DNA from: Desulfocapsa sulfexigens DSM 10523
GTDB lineage: Bacteria > Desulfobacterota > Desulfobulbia > Desulfobulbales > Desulfocapsaceae
DNA: 32,000 nt
NCBI RefSeq assembly: GCF_000341395.1
Contig: NC_020304.1
Location: 1,320,001-1,352,000 of the forward strand
Reading direction: 5' to 3'
Of the stretch, positions 28,235 through 32,000 are shown one piece after another (position 1 is the stretch's first letter; each line of letters opens with the position of its first letter). Position numbers and translations under genes: made by a program. The notes under the pieces are model-generated. The model had not been told where the DNA came from, ran no database searches, and was given only the letters and a program-made list of their open reading frames with translations.

Positions 28235-30766
28235 TTAAGCCTTACTGACTGTAACGACCTCATCCATCCAGCGGTGCTGGCCACTAATGGGGTCAGGGGC
28301 ATTGGCAATCAGCCAGTTAGGATGAACACCATAGGTGTCCCACCATTTCAATTTCAGATCCGGATCATTATCGCTTCCCATGATGGATTTTTTACCTGAT
28401 CCATAACGGCCGGATTCTGTCCTGCCAAGATGATAGGAGATGGCAATGGAGCCGGGTACAATCATCTCATTCACATAGGCCTTGATGGAAATTTCACCAA
28501 TTTTTGAGGTGAGTTTTACTAGATCACCATCCTTAATGCCCAACGAGGCAGCTGTTTTTGAATTGATCCATGCTGGATTGTCATGAAACATTTCTGTCAG
28601 CCATTTACAGTGGGTTGAGCGTGAATGGATCTGCACAGGCACCTTGTAGGTAGTCAGGGTTAACTGGTTTTTTGTTAGTTCCTGATGTTCAGGGATTGCC
28701 TTCCAACTTGGGAAGGGTTCAAAGCCTTTCTCTTTCAAGATGGTGGAATAGAGTTCAAAATAACCTGTTTTATTCACCTTATCTGGTTTAAACCCTTTAT
28801 AGACTTTATCGCCGATCTTTTGACCCACATAGCCCTTATAGCTATATGCCATTTTAGCATACCCTTTGGCCATTGCTTCGGCCTCATCTTTTGCCTTAGA
28901 TTTTTTCCAGTTCCAGTAGACACCAGTGGCTTCATCAAAGAGAATACCTTCCTTTTTCAGATCTGCATCTTTGACGATTTTTTTGTGGCTGTAAAAGTCA
29001 GGTTTTTCATTGGGATCATGATAGACACCGTGTTTCTTTAAATATTCAAAACCACCCCCGGGCAAATCCTTCACCGTTGGTGTCATTTCACAGGATAATT
29101 TTACAAATTCCTCCATGGTATCAAAACCAAGGGGCATCTCCATGCGTTTGGCCAGGTCACAGAGTATATCACTGAAATTTCTACACTCACCAAGTGGTGT
29201 TACCACAGGCTGGCGCAATTCAAATTCAGTCTGTTGAGTTGGAGCAACATTCCCATCCCAGTCCCAGCGTTCAAGATAACTGGTATCTGGTAGAATCAAG
29301 TCAGCCAGACGACTGGATTCGTCATAGACGATATTGGAAGTGACCGTGAAGGGCATCAACTTTTCATCGGAGAGAACATCTATATTTTCCTGACACTCAC
29401 CGTTGACATAGACTGGATTGTAACAGTACCAGAGGTAGATATCAGGCCGGCCGTGTGAACCATCCTTGATCATCTTCAATACTGACTGACACTCACCATG
29501 ATTCGGCAGAGCAGAGAGTGTGCCGTTGGTAATCTTGAGCTGTTTGCCCTTTGGTTTTACCTTTGGTCCTTTGGGGTATTTCCAGTGGGGTGCAACCGCC
29601 TTACAGCGACCTCCAGGGCTGTTGATATTACCGGTGATCATACCAAGCATCTGAGCAGCCCGCTCACCATCGGTCCCGTTATAGTGGGCAACGAGTCCAC
29701 GATAACTGATAATACAAGCCGCCTTAGCCTTGGCAAATTCACGGGCGTATTTTTTGATGTTTGCCGCAGAAACACCGCTGATTTTTTCAGCCCACTCTGG
29801 TGTGTAACTGATCAGGTGTTTTTTTAAGGCAGCTATTTTTTCATCCAGAGGTGCATTGACATCTTCCGTGGTCCGGATAAAGGTAAAGGCCTCACGATCA
29901 TAGAGATTTTCCTGCATGATCACATTGTTCATGGCAAGGAGAACCGCAAGATCAGTACCCGGACGAACCGGTTCCCACTTGGTTGATTTTGCGGCAGTAT
30001 AAGAGAGTCTGACGTCAAAGGTAATACAGGGAACATTTCGTTCGACCATCGCCTTGACCAGTCGTTGGGCCGTCGGGATGTGATTGGTATGGGCCTCGAG
30101 TACACCGGAGCCAAAGTTCAACACATAGTCGGTGTTATCAAAATCCCAGTTATCATAATGATTTCCCCAAGTCAATTCCTGGGCAACCCATTTGCCACCT
30201 TCACAGATAGAAGTATGGCCGGAAATTGTTTTGCTTCCATAGGTTCCCATAAATACGGTTTTTGGCAAAGATGAGGAACTTCCCTTGGCTCGTCCGTAAT
30301 GGTACATCAGCTTTTCCGGATGTCCGTCGTCTCTGAGTTTTTTCATACGAGCGGCAAGATCGGTCAAAGCTTCATCCCAGGAAATACGTTTATATTTTCC
30401 ATCTCCACGTTTGCCTGCGCGTTTCAGGGGATAGAGAATTCTGTCCGGGAAATAGACCTGATTGACCCCAGCCTGACCCTTGGCGCAGATCTTTCCCAGG
30501 CTACGGATAGAGTTCGGTTGGCCCTCGATCTTAACCACTCTGCCATCTTCGACAAAAGCGATCTTCGGATCACGTGTTACACAACTGTAACAGACAGTGG
30601 GTACGGCTTTGCGTTCCTTGCCAGTGTCAGGGTTGAAATCTCTGCCTCCCATGGCAAGCTCGACCGAACCGGCCAGGGCATTGCCCACCATTCCTTTGCC
30701 GGCGGTTAGTAAGGCACCGCTGGCCGCAGCCAGTTTTAAGACGTTGCGGCGGCTGATTTTTTTCAT
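28235..30766 (-). CDS. Tat-exported molybdopterin oxidoreductase catalytic subunit (Psr/Phs/Ttr/selenate-reductase-like family)
   Basis: Tat motif SRRNVLK; N-terminal FeS region CYSCVTRD...CAKGQAG; GHTSIC near the expected Mo-ligand position; LADLILPDTSYLERWD; C-terminal dinucleotide-binding domain. Confidence 0.9.
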   Translation of the reverse strand: MKKISRRNVLKLAAASGALLTAGKGMVGNALAGSVELAMGGRDFNPDTGKERKAVPTVCYSCVTRDPKIAFVEDGRVVKIEGQPNSIRSLGKICAKGQAGVNQVYFPDRILYPLKRAGKRGDGKYKRISWDEALTDLAARMKKLRDDGHPEKLMYHYGRAKGSSSSLPKTVFMGTYGSKTISGHTSICEGGKWVAQELTWGNHYDNWDFDNTDYVLNFGSGVLEAHTNHIPTAQRLVKAMVERNVPCITFDVRLSYTAAKSTKWEPVRPGTDLAVLLAMNNVIMQENLYDREAFTFIRTTEDVNAPLDEKIAALKKHLISYTPEWAEKISGVSAANIKKYAREFAKAKAACIISYRGLVAHYNGTDGERAAQMLGMITGNINSPGGRCKAVAPHWKYPKGPKVKPKGKQLKITNGTLSALPNHGECQSVLKMIKDGSHGRPDIYLWYCYNPVYVNGECQENIDVLSDEKLMPFTVTSNIVYDESSRLADLILPDTSYLERWDWDGNVAPTQQTEFELRQPVVTPLGECRNFSDILCDLAKRMEMPLGFDTMEEFVKLSCEMTPTVKDLPGGGFEYLKKHGVYHDPNEKPDFYSHKKIVKDADLKKEGILFDEATGVYWNWKKSKAKDEAEAMAKGYAKMAYSYKGYVGQKIGDKVYKGFKPDKVNKTGYFELYSTILKEKGFEPFPSWKAIPEHQELTKNQLTLTTYKVPVQIHSRSTHCKWLTEMFHDNPAWINSKTAASLGIKDGDLVKLTSKIGEISIKAYVNEMIVPGSIAISYHLGRTESGRYGSGKKSIMGSDNDPDLKLKWWDTYGVHPNWLIANAPDPISGQHRWMDEVVTVSKA

Positions 30767-30807
30767 TGTTCTAGTCCTCCTGTATGTACAAAAGATTATG
30801 AGTTGTA

Positions 30808-31674
30808 TTATTCAACGATGTCCCGATACTCTGTGAGTTTGTCTTTGTCTTCATAAGAGTAATCAGCCAGCACTTCATCGGGATCAATGTAGTAGATGTT
30901 TGGCATGGTTTTGGCTTCAGGCTTCATTGTTGTTTTGTTACGATTTTCCAGAAGGTTGAACTCCTTGGCGAGTTTGGCTACATCACTGTTGGGATCGTTG
31001 AGATCACCAAAGATACGGGCACCAGGAGCACAGGTATTAACACACGCCGGAGTTATGCCTTCATCCAGGCGATGAACACAGGAGGAGCATTTTACGATGG
31101 CATTTTTACTCTTATCCTTCCCTGACAGCTTTCGTTTGTTGAACGTACGAGCACCATAAGGACAGGCATCGATACACTTCCCACAACCGGTACATGCGTC
31201 ATTATCGATAAGAATCAATCCATCTGGACGTTTATAGGTGGCACCACCGCGGTAGCGAATCTTTTTCCCTTCTGCTGTGACGAAGACACGGCGATCTTTT
31301 GGGTATTCGGGGCAGGCCTTGACACAGGGCGGTACGGTCATGTCTCCTACCTTCTCGGTTCCCTCGCAGTGATTGCAGCGACGGGGAATAAGGGTGCGCC
31401 TGGTATCAGGATACTTACCTGTAACTACCTGTTTAATTACGGTTTTAAAAGCTCCGAGTGGTACGTCATACTCTGCTTTGCAGGCCACTGTGCAGGCCCG
31501 ACAGCCGGTGCAGCGGCGCAAATCCATTATCATCACCCACTGCGGTGTTTTGACTTCGGCGGCTTCTGCTTCTTTTGGTTGCAGCAGGCTTACTGATGCG
31601 AGTCCGGCCGCAGCCAAAGATACTCCGGTGACCCGAAGCATTTCCCTGCGATCATCTCTTGTGTTAGTGGTCAT
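30808..31674 (-). CDS. 4Fe-4S dicluster electron-transfer subunit (PhsB/TtrB-like) with Tat-like leader
   Basis: RREMLRVTG leader. Cysteine sets CTGCRACTVACK, CNHCEG...CVKACP, CTGCGKCIDACPYG, and CSSCVHR...CVNTC. Confidence 0.92.
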   Translation of the reverse strand: MTTNTRDDRREMLRVTGVSLAAAGLASVSLLQPKEAEAAEVKTPQWVMIMDLRRCTGCRACTVACKAEYDVPLGAFKTVIKQVVTGKYPDTRRTLIPRRCNHCEGTEKVGDMTVPPCVKACPEYPKDRRVFVTAEGKKIRYRGGATYKRPDGLILIDNDACTGCGKCIDACPYGARTFNKRKLSGKDKSKNAIVKCSSCVHRLDEGITPACVNTCAPGARIFGDLNDPNSDVAKLAKEFNLLENRNKTTMKPEAKTMPNIYYIDPDEVLADYSYEDKDKLTEYRDIVE

Positions 31675-31817
31675 GACCTCCTCCTCGATTCTCTGTTTCT
31701 GTTATGGCTTGTATGATGCAAGCCCGTTTGTATGTCCCTGATATTTCAGGTGCTACATTCTACAATTGAAAGTTTTTTCTTTTCTGACTGCCTACAAAGC
31801 CCAGCCATTTTTATTCG

Positions 31818-32000
31818 TCATTCCTGCTTTTCTGCTTCAGCCTCTTCGGCAAGAGGTTCCAGTTCATCAAGAACGGTGTAGACACTATTGAGTCCCTCAT
31901 CAATCAACATGATTGAATACTTCTTGTTATGAACGCCGTTACCAAATTCCACGAGATCCAATGCCTTTTGTCCCGTTGCAAGAGTCTTTATGAACTCGGC
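31818..32000 (-). CDS. C-terminal fragment of a probable multiheme cytochrome c; truncated at the window edge
   Basis: Open frame absent from the supplied ORF track: AEFIKTLATGQKALDLVEFGNGVHNKKYSIMLIDEGLNSVYTVLDELEPLAEEAEAEKQE*. The EFGxGVHNxxY pattern resembles multiheme cytochrome C-termini. Confidence 0.5.
   Translation of the reverse strand, partial: AEFIKTLATGQKALDLVEFGNGVHNKKYSIMLIDEGLNSVYTVLDELEPLAEEAEAEKQE

Noticed and set aside
1-32000. CRISPR arrays, tRNA/rRNA genes, IS elements or prophage genes
   Set aside because: Scanned by eye; no regularly spaced direct repeats, transposase/integrase ORFs or recognisable structural RNA genes were found.

Overview
This window looks like a chromosomal segment from an anaerobic deltaproteobacterial (Desulfobulbaceae-like) genome; that placement is inferred from gene content only. 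Left edge: the 3' part of a radical SAM/SPASM maturase resembling the selenobiotic SbtM family, convergent with an XdhC-family protein. Next come an AdhE-like two-domain protein with both catalytic sites altered, a C_GCAxxG_C_C-like protein, a ParA-like ATPase, alanine dehydrogenase, an outer-membrane-like hypothetical and enolase. The middle (about 12.0-21.5 kb) is a co-directional block: ArsR-family regulator, ArsP-like permease, CxxCxxC mini-thioredoxin, TolC, membrane fusion protein, RND pump, periplasmic thioredoxin, CcdA-like membrane protein and a Crp/Fnr regulator. It reads as a candidate metalloid-sensing and thiol-relay efflux island. The right part holds a porin-like protein divergent from a methyltransferase across a perfect CRP-type palindrome, a small secreted protein with tandem Ca-binding-like repeats, a TPR/beta-barrel protein, and a respiratory molybdoenzyme operon (multiheme cytochrome tail at the edge, 4Fe-4S subunit, Mo catalytic subunit, TorD-like chaperone, small secreted protein with an apparent frameshift). 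I saw no rRNA, tRNA, CRISPR array or clear mobile element. The most interesting items are the degenerate AdhE-like protein, the ArsR/ArsP/RND/thiol-relay island, the CRP-like palindrome with a matching regulator, the frameshifted gene with an ATGA-coupled start, and the Asp in place of an FeS Cys in the molybdoenzyme.
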